NCBI RefSeq assembly: GCF_016433145.1
Contig: NC_058134.1
Span: forward strand, 207,503,156 to 207,567,155
DNA from: Gracilinanus agilis
Taxonomy: Eukaryota
Direction: 5' to 3'
DNA: 64,000 nucleotides
How positions within the stretch are numbered: the stretch's first letter is position 1; the number at the start of each line of letters is the position of its first letter. The notes under the pieces were generated by a model that saw only the letters and a list, made by a program, of their open reading frames with translations, ran no database searches and was not told the origin of the DNA. The position numbers and the translations under genes are program-made. Below, one piece after another: positions 50,973 through 63,082 of this stretch.

Positions 50973-52599
50973 ATGAGTAATGCAGAACTCTGTTTCAGCA
51001 GCAAAGGTAGGTGACTTGCCAGGTTGTGATGGGCTAATTATTTCATTACTATATGTCTGTCCCCTCCTCCCCCCACCAAATGGAAAGGAGAAAACTACTT
51101 TATATTGCTCAAGTGTTTAGAGATTTGATGAGGTGACATGACATGCTTAAAGTACTGTAGGATACTTAGAATAAAGGTCTTTTGGAAATGCAAATAACTT
51201 CTCAGGTTCAAAGGACACAAATCTATAAACTTTTCAGAAGGCAAAATACTCTTTTAGTGAACTTCAGGGCAACAGGAAATATTTAAAACAGAACTCTATG
51301 CCACATAGGAATACCTCGCCTTTGTTTCAACAGGTAAATCTTTGATTGCACATGAAAATATGGCATCTAACTTTTAAAAATTGAACTTAATTATAAAGGC
51401 TAAATTGTGTTAAACTACTAAGCACTTAAAAATAAAAATAAACCTCAGAATAAATTTTTGTGTTGTTTTGCACATAGTATTAGGACTTAGACACCAAGAC
51501 TATAATAAAATAATATGATAACACTAATAATATAATAATAATGGTCACTGAAGGCTCAAATGATGAGACATGGTGATTTAAGTGAACAATAGAACCTAGT
51601 CCTAAAAGAAAATCATCAGAATAGAAAAAATTAAGGTCTACCACTCAGATGCTACATAGATAGATTTGTGTGATGCAAGCTTTCTTAGCAATTGGAAATA
51701 AATCTTGCCCTACATATCCTATTCCAGATATGACATTATCTTTTAAGGGAGAAAGGAGAATTCCATATATTTTCAAACAATGTCCAAGTATTCATCTCCT
51801 TTTCTAATAGAACATCATTCTTTACTCATCCATCCTACCCAATCCCAACTTCTCTACTTGTTTAATTAAGACAGTCTTCATTTATTTTGCTTATAACAGT
51901 AACTGGTCCTCTGGGCATCTACCAGTCTCCCTGACAATTTCCTTCCTTCTTTATCTCACAAATATTTTCTCTAAGTTTTCTCAGCTTCATACTTAAAAGG
52001 TTCAAAGGCTCTACAGTGGAGAAGTTGGTGACAACAGTGGCAACCTTTACAAACTCCTATTGATCATATGCCCAGATCATTTTACAGCTGAACTATTTTT
52101 CTTCTTTTAGCTGTTAAGTTTTGACTACTTTAAGAGAATGATCTCTTGCTATATGAGTTATGTATTTTTTGAAAGCAATTTGTTCAAAATGCAGAGAAAA
52201 CACAACTCTGTTTCAACAGACAACATAATATTTTAGTTATCTCATCCTTTTCCCCAACTGTCAGGAAATTTATATTTACTCAAGGAATACTTGCCCCCTA
52301 AATCATTCGGTTCCCAAAATGAACATACAACCTATTTTACTAAGGTTAACTAGCCTGTCTAATTTTCTCCACTTCAAATATTCAACTTTCTCTCCCTCCA
52401 TATCTTAAGTCTGATCCTGTCTTTTCTTGCTTCTCTACTTAGAAATAAATACTTGTGGCATAATGGAAGGGCACTGACCTTAAAAGTCATAAGATGTCAA
52501 CTACTGTGTTAGGTAAGGGTAGATAGCTTATATGCTGGAGAATAGGGGTGGAGAAATTTCACAGAACTTCAGAATCAGAAAATACCTTAGAGGTAGTAC

Positions 52600-53150
52600 A
52601 TAATTGAAAAAAAATTCTCTTTATTTCATACTCACCAAGAGTTTATGCAGCCTTTACATAAAGGCATCAATTCAGGGGAAACAAACTCCTACCCTCTACA
52701 TACACAAAATTTTGGATAGCTCTCAAGTTACTCCTCCATCTTAAACTTGTGAGGCTGATTATTTTAAACCAAATCAAAGAGTTCACATTTATTCCTATTC
52801 AATTGCATCTTATTAAACTAGATCCTATGCTCTATCTCATTTATATCTTTTAAAATCCTGATTCTCATCTGGTGTGTTTAATGCCTAGTTTTGTGTCATC
52901 TGAAAATGTGATAAGTATGTATGCTTTTTTTTTTTTTTAAATCCAAGTCAATGACAAATCATTTAAAGCATAGGACCAAGGACAGATCCCTGGAGCATTT
53001 CATGAAAGACTTCACAAGCTGACATCAAAACCATGGCTAGCCCACATTTCTCCACCTTCATAAGAGAATGAGACACAGTGTGAAAACACTTAACTAAATC
53101 TAAGTAACAACCTATCTACAGAATTTCCCTAATTTACTGGTCTAGTAAGT
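52600..53150 (-). mobile_element. CR1/L3 RT 3' fragment
   Basis: Contains ttttgtgtcatctgaaaatgtgataag and ggaccaaggacagatccctgg, the reverse of the PQGSVLGP and DDTK motifs. Confidence 0.65.
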
Positions 53151-53759
53151 CCTGAAAAAAAAAAAAAAAGAACAAATCCAAGAAATATTTATTTAATATC
53201 TACTGTTAAGTTTTGAAGTCTTTTCTTATTCAAGACACTTAGCATCTAGTATAATTTGGGGACTTAGCTTCTTCATGTGTAAAAATACAGGATAATAATA
53301 CTTGTACTATGTACTTCATGTTATTAACCCCAGTTTTACTGAAGAAATTGAGGTTGAGTGTACTGCAGTTGGGTGTCCAGGTCACAAAGCTACGTGTATT
53401 TTTCTAGTTGTTAAGTGAACTTAGGTCTTTCTGACTTCAAGCCCTCCACCATGCTCTTTTCACTCCTGGTTCCACCTGTATGCTTTCTTGCTGGCATCAC
53501 CACTGTCATAGCATCAAACTTTCAGCAAGTTTGGTTTCTCCTGACACCAGAAAAAAAAAAAAAACACCACAGTTCCAAGACCGGATTTCTTCCCCAATTT
53601 AGATTTTTCCTACTTGTACCATAAACTCCTTTGGGCTGGGATCTGGACCAGTTTGTCTTAGCATCTCCAGAGGAGCTTTTCACATAGTAGGCATTTACTA
53701 TGCAGTTTAAAAGTTAATAATAATTAAAAAAAAAATCTCCTACCTCGCAGGGAGAGTTC

Positions 53760-54560
53760 GCTCTGCCTGAAGCTACTGTAAATGTTTAGCCGCGATCAAA
53801 CCCAGTCTAGGGGGTCTCAGGCCCCGGTCCTGGTTCTGGGAGTGTTGGGCCCGCCCCCTCCACAGTTGGGACGGCAGCCCCTCCCCCCCACCGACCTGTC
53901 CTGTCCACCCTGGGTGGTGATGGGAGGGGGGGGGGTGCTATGCCGCCAGCTTCCTCCCTCCCCTCCACCCGCCCCCGCGGGGCTCAAGTCTCTAGTCCTA
54001 AACGGGATCCCGGCCCCGCTTCGGGCCGCGCAGGCCCAACCCCTCCCCCAGCCCAAGTCGGCCTCGGCCACCCCGTCGCAGCCTCACGCACCCACTCGTT
54101 GGCCCGATGGCCGAAAGTGTACAGGGCCACCTGGCTGGCCACATCCACTATGCGGTTGATATAGGGGTCGTGGCGCTGCAGGGCCGCCAGACTGATGTCC
54201 CGTCCCTTGCCCACTAGGCCACCAGCAGCTACCGCCGCCATCTTCCCTCCCTCCCGGACATCAACACGGTGGACCGGACAGACGTGGCCAATCGAGCGCC
54301 GAGAAGCGCGAACTTCCCCACAACTAAAAAGAGAAAGAGGAAGCCAGGCCCTTGATATACTGGTCCAGGGCAGGCGAAGGGAGCCGGGGGTCCTTCCCAA
54401 TCCTCAAGGATTCCCGCGACAGACATCGCTAATCGAGACCGACTTGTTTTCCTCTGGGGATTTTGTAACCATGGGCAACGGCAGGTCTAGACTCAGCCGC
54501 ATCATTCATCTCTTCTTTAGCCTGGCTGTGCAGCTACATGTTCGGTGTTGCTTCCTTCTT
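53760..54560. promoter_or_regulatory. CpG island / DCP1B promoter, 5'UTR and start of intron 1
   Basis: Abrupt GC- and CpG-rich segment in otherwise CpG-depleted DNA. CCAAT at 54288-54292. YY1-type AAGATGGCGGC (minus strand, 54234-54244) overlaps the start codon. Confidence 0.9.
54092..54241 (-). CDS. DCP1B: DCP1B coding exon 1 (150 nt; MAAVAAGGLVGKGRDISLAALQRHDPYINRIVDVASQVALYTFGHRANEW), start of EVH1 domain
   Basis: Translation matches the recalled human DCP1B N-terminus. ATG (plus CAT 54239-54241) in context AAGATGG. Donor GTGCGT begins at 54091. Lies in the CpG island. Confidence 0.98.
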
Positions 54561-55850
54561 TCACTTTTAAAAGGCCTTGGCCAGGAGCTACTTAAGCCTT
54601 TTATGACTATTTCAACTATTTTATTAGTGGCTTTATAGAGAAAGATAATTCTGAGCTCCATATCTGTTACCAAATATATAATCTCCCCATGCACCATTGT
54701 GAAAGGAAAAATTATTCTCACCTTTTCATCTTCTTATTTTTAAATTTGTCTCCAACCAAACTGGAAAGCTGGGCTCCCAGGACCTACTTTTCTCCCCAAC
54801 TCAATTCTGAAGCAGCAGAGCTATTCTCCAACTCAAAGTGAATTCATTGCTCCAACACTGGGAACCTTCATGTCCCCAGTAGATTCTACCCTTACTACTC
54901 TGTCTTCCAAATCTTTTATGCTCCTATAAGCTTTTTATCAGCTGCCACCTCCTCCATGACACCGTCATTCTTTGAGGCCCCTGATTAGTTATTGATGCTC
55001 TTCCTTAAATTTCCCTAGAGCACTCTGGATGGGCTGAGCAAACTCTGAGAACAACCCTGAGTATCTTTGAAAAAGATTTCCATTCTTTGAAAACACTTTA
55101 AGAAAGGACTTTTAGAGAGACTGCCCAAGAGGCAAAAGTATGTACTTTTGAATGATATACTAAAGATATAATTCTATCCCTATATACCTCTTTTGAAGAC
55201 TGGAGGAGAGGCCATCCAGCCTCAGAAACCTTGGATCTTCTTTGCCCTTTCTTCTAGCTAGGTTGCTGGTGGTGTTAGCACAGTTCTCATTCTATTTTTT
55301 GTAGAAGTGGTCCAGATCATAGTCCACTCCTCAAATATCTCTAGATCAGATGTGCAAATCTGTCTTCAGAAGGAAAACTAGTTTCCTCTGATCACTTTCA
55401 AGGGGGGAAGTAATCCTTATACTCATCAGCTTAGCTCCTTATAAAACACTAATGATTCAATCATCACGAATAGCTAGTAAGTCCTATTATTAAAAAAAGC
55501 ATCAAAGAGAAATTATGCAAACTAAAATATGCCAAAGAAATGCATAAAAATAAATGAGCTCTTCAGCTAGGAATGAGGTAGTGAATGGTTTCAAATTTTG
55601 CAGTAAAATACAAGACAAGGTTCATAGTTAAGAGCTAAAAGTGTGAGGGGATTTAAGAAGGAGAGAGAATAATCTCATTGATAAGAGTTAGCTTTCAGAA
55701 GTCTCTAGGACTATAGGCACTGAAAGATAAGAGACTTGATAAGGAAATGGTATTTTCTATATGTCTGTGGCTCTGATACTCTAGTCTACCATTCATGTGA
55801 TGTGATGGTCACCAGTCTCTCTTGAGTTCTTCTGTAGAAATATGTCTCCA

Positions 55851-56086
55851 GGGGGCAGCTGGGTGGCTCAGTGGATTGAGAGGCAAACCTAGAGACAGAA
55901 TATCCTAGGGTCAAATCTGGACTCAGACACTTCCTAGCTGTGTGATCCTGGGCAAGTCACTTAACCCCCATTGCCTAGCCTGTACTGCTCTTCTGCTTTG
56001 GAACCAATACACTATATTGATTCTAAGATGGAAGGTAAGGGTTTATAAAAAAGAAAGAAAAAAGAAAGAGAGAGAGAAAGAAACTA
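55851..56086 (+). mobile_element. SINE1_Mdo-type SINE with a GA-rich tail
   Basis: TSD agaaatatgtctcca (55836-55850) and agaaacacgcctcca (56087-56101), differing by three C/T changes. Confidence 0.88.
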
Positions 56087-57149
56087 AGAAACACGCCTCC
56101 AACAAACAAACAATTCCTTCACACAGGTACTCGGTTTTGTACTTAGTCTTCTCTCAGCCAGTCAGGAGGAATGTCTCCTTACACTAAGGCAGTCAATAAG
56201 ACTATTCCTCAGGGAAAAAAATCCACTCCAAATTATGGGTGAAAGTAAGGTTATATGTATTTACTTATTTGCCCCAGATTTATGGGGGAAATATTTTGTT
56301 GTTACTGTTCATCCAATGAAATTACAGCAAATATTTTTGCTTTGCACTAATTTGTTAATCAGTTGATTATTGAAGGTAAACCCATTTGTTGGGGCCTCCT
56401 AAGCTATTGTTCTAGAAGTTTGGACCTGAAGAATACTTTGTATCTATGTTAGTGGTCTCTGGAGGTACCCAACTTTCAAGTTCAAATTGGAGGAGGGTAG
56501 TCCCAAAGAGGATGCTGCATATTCACATCCCCTTCTCTGGAGATTCTCTTAGGAACATCAGAAGTTCGTCACTAGATCTCCACAAAAATGGGAAAAAAGA
56601 CTTATTTCTATGAAAGAACTATCTAAAAATGCATTCAATGCAGTACAGGCTTCATTTTGTCTAGTAGGAAAACAAAATACAAAGGACTGACACTGATGCC
56701 CATAAATAATTAACAGCTCTTTCTCCCTCTTCAGTGGTCCTCTACCTTCTTCAAAGATCCATACAATCCTCCAGACTTATAGTACTACTTTGGGGTTGTG
56801 ACACCTCCTTCCCCTTACCTCCTACAATGGAAAAGCATTCAGAATTGTTCCTGTATCCTCTAGCTAATCATAGCCTACACAACTCTCAGTACAAGTGAAG
56901 GGTACAGTTTAAACTTATTCCTCTCCATCATGGTTCTCATTCTTTGCTCTAATCTGGTTCTATCTTCTGATTATTTAGGAACCCAGCTTGGTCCAGGAAT
57001 TCCTTTTCTAATCTACAAGTACTACATTCTCCAAGACTGAAGTCTCCTGAAGAGGCTACCCAAACATACAAGATTCCATTACTTGTGAACAATCTAAGAA
57101 CCTGAGTTCATTCTCTGTGTATACTCTTTCCCCTTATTTGTTCTTACTC

Positions 57150-58680
57150 AGTAAACTCTTCCTTTGAGATTCATTCAATTAGTATCTACCACTTAATCAA
57201 AATTCTGATAACTTTTGTCTACCAACCCTCAGGATGCTTCCTTCTTTCTTCTTGGAATTCAATGCCTCATTGGAATTCAATTCCTCTCATACTCTACTCC
57301 TGCCTTCCTACTAAAAGACTTCAGCAAAATGGAGATACTCCCTCAAACACCCTAACCTTACAAATTTTAAATTTGCTAATTTTACATGACCTACTTTTCC
57401 ACCCACTTTAGCCATTCCCTATGATGGTCACCCCCTTGATCTTGATCATTCACTAATATGCCATCTCCAGAGTTATGGGCTCAGAAATTCTCTTATTTAT
57501 CACAATCTATTGTCATTTCACCTCTCCCTCTGCCTTGCAACCCTAATCCCTGTTCCTCATTTATTCTATAACCTCTATTCTCTCAGCTCCATCAAAAGGT
57601 CACTATCCTTGCACTAGTCACACTCTCCTCTCTTCTTCATTTTGACTCTTTGGTGAACTAATTCAACTCTACATTACTCTCTTTTCTTGAGTACTTTGTC
57701 CTCTTACTCTATCATAAATCTTACCCAACCAAGCCTAAACCTTGGATCATTCCCACTATTCACTGTCTTCTCTTTTACAACCAGGCTGCCAAATGAAGCT
57801 GTAGAAAATCACAAAATTTTAAACCATTTTGCCTTGGTCTACTACAAATGTATGTTACAACCTCATCTGGGTACTTACTGCAGCTAGGTCATCCTTTTCA
57901 CCTCCATGATGAACTTACTCTCCTAATCACCACAGTGAATCTTCTAAACCTTTTCAGTCTTTCTTAAACCTCTCAAGGATTCTCCTCATCTTACCCCTCT
58001 ACTCTCTTAGGCAAGAATTTTGCCTCATATTTTACTAAAATAATTGAGGCCATTAACTGAGATAGGTTTCTGCTTCTCCCCTCTTCTTCATCTAACATCA
58101 TCCAGATGCCTTCTGCTACTATCTTTTTTACTCCTGTCTTGCATCTTCTGGCCCATCTTCTTGCCAAGGTAAATGCTTTATTCACAAGTTATCCACATTC
58201 CATCCCATCTTCTTCAACAGACTGCCCCTTCTATCATCCTACTAACACTTACCTTCAATCTCTCCTTGCATATTGGCTGCATCCTGTCTTCAAAGATGCT
58301 TATGTCTCCCCTATCCTCAAAAAAACCCCTTAAATTAATCCATCCACTCTTTCTAACTATTATCTCATATCTTTCCTTCCCTTTATGGCTTAAGCTAGTG
58401 AAGGCACTCTACGATAAATGCTTCCTTTTCTTCTCCTTTCACTATCCTAACTCCATACAATCTGGTTTCTAATAACATTATTTCACTGAAACTGCTCTTT
58501 CCAAAGTAAATAATGATCTCTTAAATGTCAAATCTAAATGACCTTTTCTCCATCTCCATTCTTCTTATTTCTTTACAGTTTTTGAATGATCATTTTCCTC
58601 TCCATATGTTCTAAGTTTTTGCACCACTCTCCTGGTTCTCCCTTTCCTGTCTCTGCCAGATCTTTATCTAGGTCATGCCT
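57150..58680 (+). mobile_element. L2 ORF2 (EN/RT) remnant
   Basis: Contains cccccttgatcttgatc and ctctttccaaagtaaataatgatctc (TALxKVxNDL). Confidence 0.8.
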
Positions 58681-59105
58681 ACTACTTTGCTAAAGTTGTG
58701 AATTTTTTCAACTAATTTTTTAGTTGATTCTCTAGGATTCTCTACATATACCATTATATCATTTGCAAAATGATAGTTTTGTTTCTTCATTGCCTATTTT
58801 AATTCCATCAATTTCTTTTTCTTCTCTTATTGCTATATCTATCATTTCTAGTACAATTTTGAAAAATAGTGTGATAATGGGCATCTTTACTTACCGTCTG
58901 ATCTTACTGAGAAGATTTCTGTCTTATCCTCATTATAGATAATGTTTGCTGATGGTTTTTAGATAGATATTATTTATCTTTTAAGGAAAGCTCTATTTAT
59001 TCGAATCTATGCTCTTTAGTTTAGTTTTTTTTTAATAGAAATGGATGTTGTATTTTGTTAAAAGCGTTTTCTGCATCTATCAAGGTAATCATATGATTTT
59101 TTTGT
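58680..59105 (-). mobile_element. L1 ORF2 RT fragment
   Basis: Contains ccattatatcatttgcaaaatgatag, the reverse of the FADDMMVY region. Confidence 0.8.
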
Positions 59106-60510
59106 TTTTTTTTTTCAACAAGCATTTATTAAGGGTGTACTTTGTTCTAGGCATTGTGTTAATCACTGAGAATACAAATATAAGCAGAAAACTTTCAAGG
59201 AACTTACATTTTAATGGGAGAAGACAACACATAAAAAGAAAAGCTGAAAAGAGCAATGACTAGGGCTCATCGGAGAAGCCCTGAATCAAAACTGGAGTGG
59301 ATTGAAGGACTCACTCCTACCCTCAGATGAGAAACTAAATTGACCTGGGTGAAAATTTCTCTGGGTCCTTCTTTGCAATACACAGGCTACTTAAACTTTT
59401 CCCCAGCAATCCCTCCAACATATTGGTTGATCCAAATAAAGGGCAGGATAAAAAATTTCCTCTGGATTCCTTGAATACCCAAGACACCTGAAATTTCCTC
59501 AGTGGATCCCTGCCCATTCATAGGATAATCCAAATGGAGTGCCAAAATCATACTACTATAAACAAATGGGTCTAGTTAAAAAAAAAGTTAAAAATAGAGT
59601 TCAGAATATCCTATATGGGTTCCCCCAAAATTATTTATCACTGGAGATTGATTGTAATCTGCTTCTTAGATCCTAGAAAAGGTCCCCCAAGTGAAACAAT
59701 ATGATCCGTTGTTGCATCAGACCCAGTGGGGGAAGTAAGATGCTCGGTTTCTTCACTAGGGAGTCCCTTTCGGCTTTAGCCCTTATTTGCAGACAGTTTT
59801 CAATTTTGGGGGAGCCTGGTTTCTAGACAAGGTGCCAAGTTCTTTTTTTTTCTCATACTTCCTGGCTTTTTACTCCCCCACACCAAAGCCGTGGGGGTAG
59901 GGGGAACTATTTAAATCTTAAGTTTTTACATGCTTAGGGTCTTGCCAAAGGAAGAGAGGCTCACCTAAACACATATGTGTTTTAGCAGCCATATGCTCAC
60001 AATTTGACATTTCTGCTAGGGTGGGTAGGTAGTTCCTCTTCACCCATACACGGGAAATGAAGGAAAGAAGAGTAACTTGACACATGTTGAATTGAAGGAA
60101 AATAATTCACCTCTTTTTAAGATCTATTGAGGAAGTGATTCTTCTCTGAAAGTTACTAGAGGAACTCAGCTCATATTTCATGTGATACACTAGCTTCCAC
60201 CACAGATTCATAATGCAGACATTCACATCTTTGGTCCACTCTAGAAACATTTGTGTTTCCTGCTTTAGTAGTTAACATTTTCTTCAGTGATGCATTTCCA
60301 GCAGATGGAGTATTGGTATTTCTGTTATATTTTACCTTTCTGAGGTACCCAAACTTGAAAGTGTACCACTTAGCTATTCTTGCAGTCTTCATAATGGGTC
60401 ACCCTACTACCACAAGTTATGCTTTCTCTTTGTGAGTGATAATCCCAGAGCTCAATTGACCAGAATTTCAAAGATCCTGGTAAAAATACAGGAAAGGTAA
60501 GAAGGGGCCA
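59105..60510 (-). mobile_element. L2-tailed non-autonomous element of unassigned family, apparently split by an LTR
   Basis: Inverted L2 terminus ttcaacaagcatttattaagggtgtac at 59113, followed by a non-L2 body. The right boundary is uncertain. Confidence 0.4.
59557..60189 (-). mobile_element. Putative solo LTR (633 bp)
   Basis: Right end ...tgtgataCA. Left end tataaac is presumed to be a decayed TG. Flanks ctac/ctag match 3 of 4 positions. Retains CpGs. Confidence 0.45.
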
Positions 60511-60519
60511 AGTTATTTA

Positions 60520-62480
60520 GAATTTTCTTCTTTTCTTTTTTTAAATTAAATTTTCTTTTTTCATTAGTAAAAATCCTTCTCTCCCTTCTACACCTTCCAA
60601 ATAAGAATGAAAGAAAAACCAAACCCTATTATAAACATATATAGTTAAGTAAAACAACTTCTGTACTGACCATTTCCAAAAGGAATATATACATATGTAC
60701 ACATATGTATACATCAATTTATAGACATGCACACACATGTATGCAGGTGTGTCACAGTCTCTGAGTATTTTACTTCTCTATCAAAAGGTATGTAGAATGT
60801 TTTATCATTACTTTTCTGAAATTATGGTTTGTGTCTATACTGAAGAGACCAAATCTTTCAAAGTTGTTTGTCTTTACAGTTTTATTGTCATTGTATAAAT
60901 TGTTCTCCTGGTTCTCTTTTCTTAATTTTCTATCAGTTCATACTCTTCTCAGTTTCTTTGAAACCGTCCCCTTCACTATATCTTACAGCATGATAATATT
61001 CCATTATACCTATATACCATAACTTGTTCATTCATTCCTCAATTATTGGGTACCATATCAGATTCCCATTCTTTGCCACTTCAAAAAGAACAATAAGTGA
61101 GTTTGGACACTTTTTGTTAGAGTTTGTTTGGCTAAGGACAAATTTTTACTTCGATCTTCCCTCTAGTCTCCTCTCCTTTTCCTCCTATTTGCCTGTTGAG
61201 TGAAATGTATTTCTGTCCCCACTCATGTGTGTAAGTGTGTATGTTTGTGTTCTTCTCTCATTCAACAAGTTCAAATGAGACTGAGGTTCAAGTGTCAGCT
61301 GCTTCTCTCCCTCAACCCTGGCTGTTTCTGTAGCTGTCTACTTGCATACCCTGATCATATGAGATAATTTCTCCTAAACTTCTATTCCCTTACCTCACTT
61401 GTATATTCCTTTTTCTCTTGCTTTCCATTCTTTTTAGCTCATCAAGACTTAATAGAACCACTTTTAGCTATTCTGTCTAATTTGATTCCCTCTATGATCC
61501 CTGATGATGATAGGGCTTAGGGGGAACACATGTATCATTTCCCGATATTAGAATATAAACAATTTATCTTTGTTTAATTTTTTTGTGATTGTTCCTTCAT
61601 GCTTACTTTTTATGGTTTTCTTAAATCTTGTTTGAACTTTAAAATATCTTTTCATTGGGAATTCTTGTAGGTCCTTTATTTAAATGTTTTCCCTTGTAGG
61701 AGTATATTAAATTATTTGGAGTAATTTATTCTTGACTATAAGTCTTTATCATTTTCCTTCTGGAATATTGTATTCCAAGATCTCTATTGCTTTAGAGAGG
61801 TGATTGCTAATTTGGGTGTGATACAGATTATGCCTCTTAGGTACTCGATTTTTTTCTTTCTGGCTCCTTGCAGTAGTTCTTCTTTGACCTAGAGAATCGG
61901 GATTCTAGCTATGTTGTTCCTAGGAATTTTCATTGTTGGGTTTTTGTCAGGAAGTGACTAGTAGATTCTTTCTGTTTGCACTTTGCCCTCTAGTTTTAAG
62001 AGATTGGTACAGTATGTTTTTAAGACTTTTTCAAATAGGATGCTAGACTTTTTTAGTTATTATTTCCAATTAGTATAAAGATTCTTAATTTTTTTCTTCT
62101 TGATCTATTTTTCTGGTTCATTATTTTTGCTATGCTAGCTTATACTTTCTCCCATTTTTAAAAACGTCTTTTGACTGTGTTTTAATATTTTTATATCTCC
62201 TAGAGTCACACTGATGTTCAGGAAATTTGTTGTTAAGCTAAAGTTTTGTTAACTTTTTTGCCAAGCTGTTAATTTCTATCCCAATTATTTCTTATATTTA
62301 TCTAATTTCTTTTCCATTTCTTTCTTCTAGTCTCTTTTCATTTATTAAAACCCTTTGTATTCTTTCTTAAACTCTTGCTTCATCTCTTCCAGGAATTCTA
62401 GCTGAATTTGTGTCCAAACTACATTTTCTTTTGAGGCTTTGCTGGTAGACATTTTGAAGTCATTCTTTTCTTCTGGCTTT
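60520..62480 (-). mobile_element. Old L1-derived element: ORF1, spacer, ORF2 extreme C-terminus and 3'UTR (HAL1-like)
   Basis: ORF1 C-terminal remnants at about 61560-62480 join through a spacer to the WLNKLWY-type segment at about 60980-61090, with no EN/RT. Confidence 0.6.
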
Positions 62481-62896
62481 GTTTTGAGGATACAGCTAAG
62501 CTATAGGTTCTATGAGGCAGAAGTTAGGAGGGAGTATTCAAGGAATAGGAAACAGCCTATATAAACAAATGGAGCCAGACTATATAATGTTCTTTAAAGG
62601 GAACTTTGAGTAGGCTATTTTGGCTGGAAGGTAGAATGGGTGATGGTTAGTAATGCACAGTGTATTTGAAAAGTTCAGCTAGAGTCAAATTGTGAGTGGT
62701 TTTAAGAGGAAAGTAGAGGAGTATATTTTTTATCCTGAAAAGCTAATATGGCAAACTTTGAGATTCATAGCAGAGGGATTACATGGTTAGAAAGACCTGT
62801 ATTTTAGTAATATCACTTTGACAGGTATCTGGAGGATGTATTAGAGAATAAAGAGACTAGAAGAAGATAGAACAAGTAAAAGGGTATTATAGTGGT

Positions 62897-62912
62897 GGGG
62901 GGGGGGGGGGGG
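62897..62912. repeat. Poly-G16 tract
   Basis: Directly visible. Confidence 0.95.
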
Positions 62913-63082
62913 AGGAACAAGTTTTTAAATTACAGTGATGGCTGTTTGAATGGATAAAAGGAGGCAGACATTCAAAAGATATTATAGGGGAAGAATCTTC
63001 CGTATTTGGAGTGAGGGAGAATGGAGAGTTGAAGATGATTCCAGGATTGCAAATCTGAGTGATGAAAGGGTAAAGAGGGTAA

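Noticed and set aside
53984-54400. 138-aa minus ORF extending DCP1B exon 1 upstream (TTG start) and into intron 1
   Set aside because: Only the central 50 codons match DCP1B. The upstream extension crosses the CCAAT/promoter region, and the downstream part follows a valid GT donor. Open frames are expected in GC-rich DNA.
53782-54638. Plus-strand ORFs of 125, 74 and 147 aa in the CpG island
   Set aside because: Pro/Gly/Arg-rich shadow frames of a GC-rich island with no recognisable homology.
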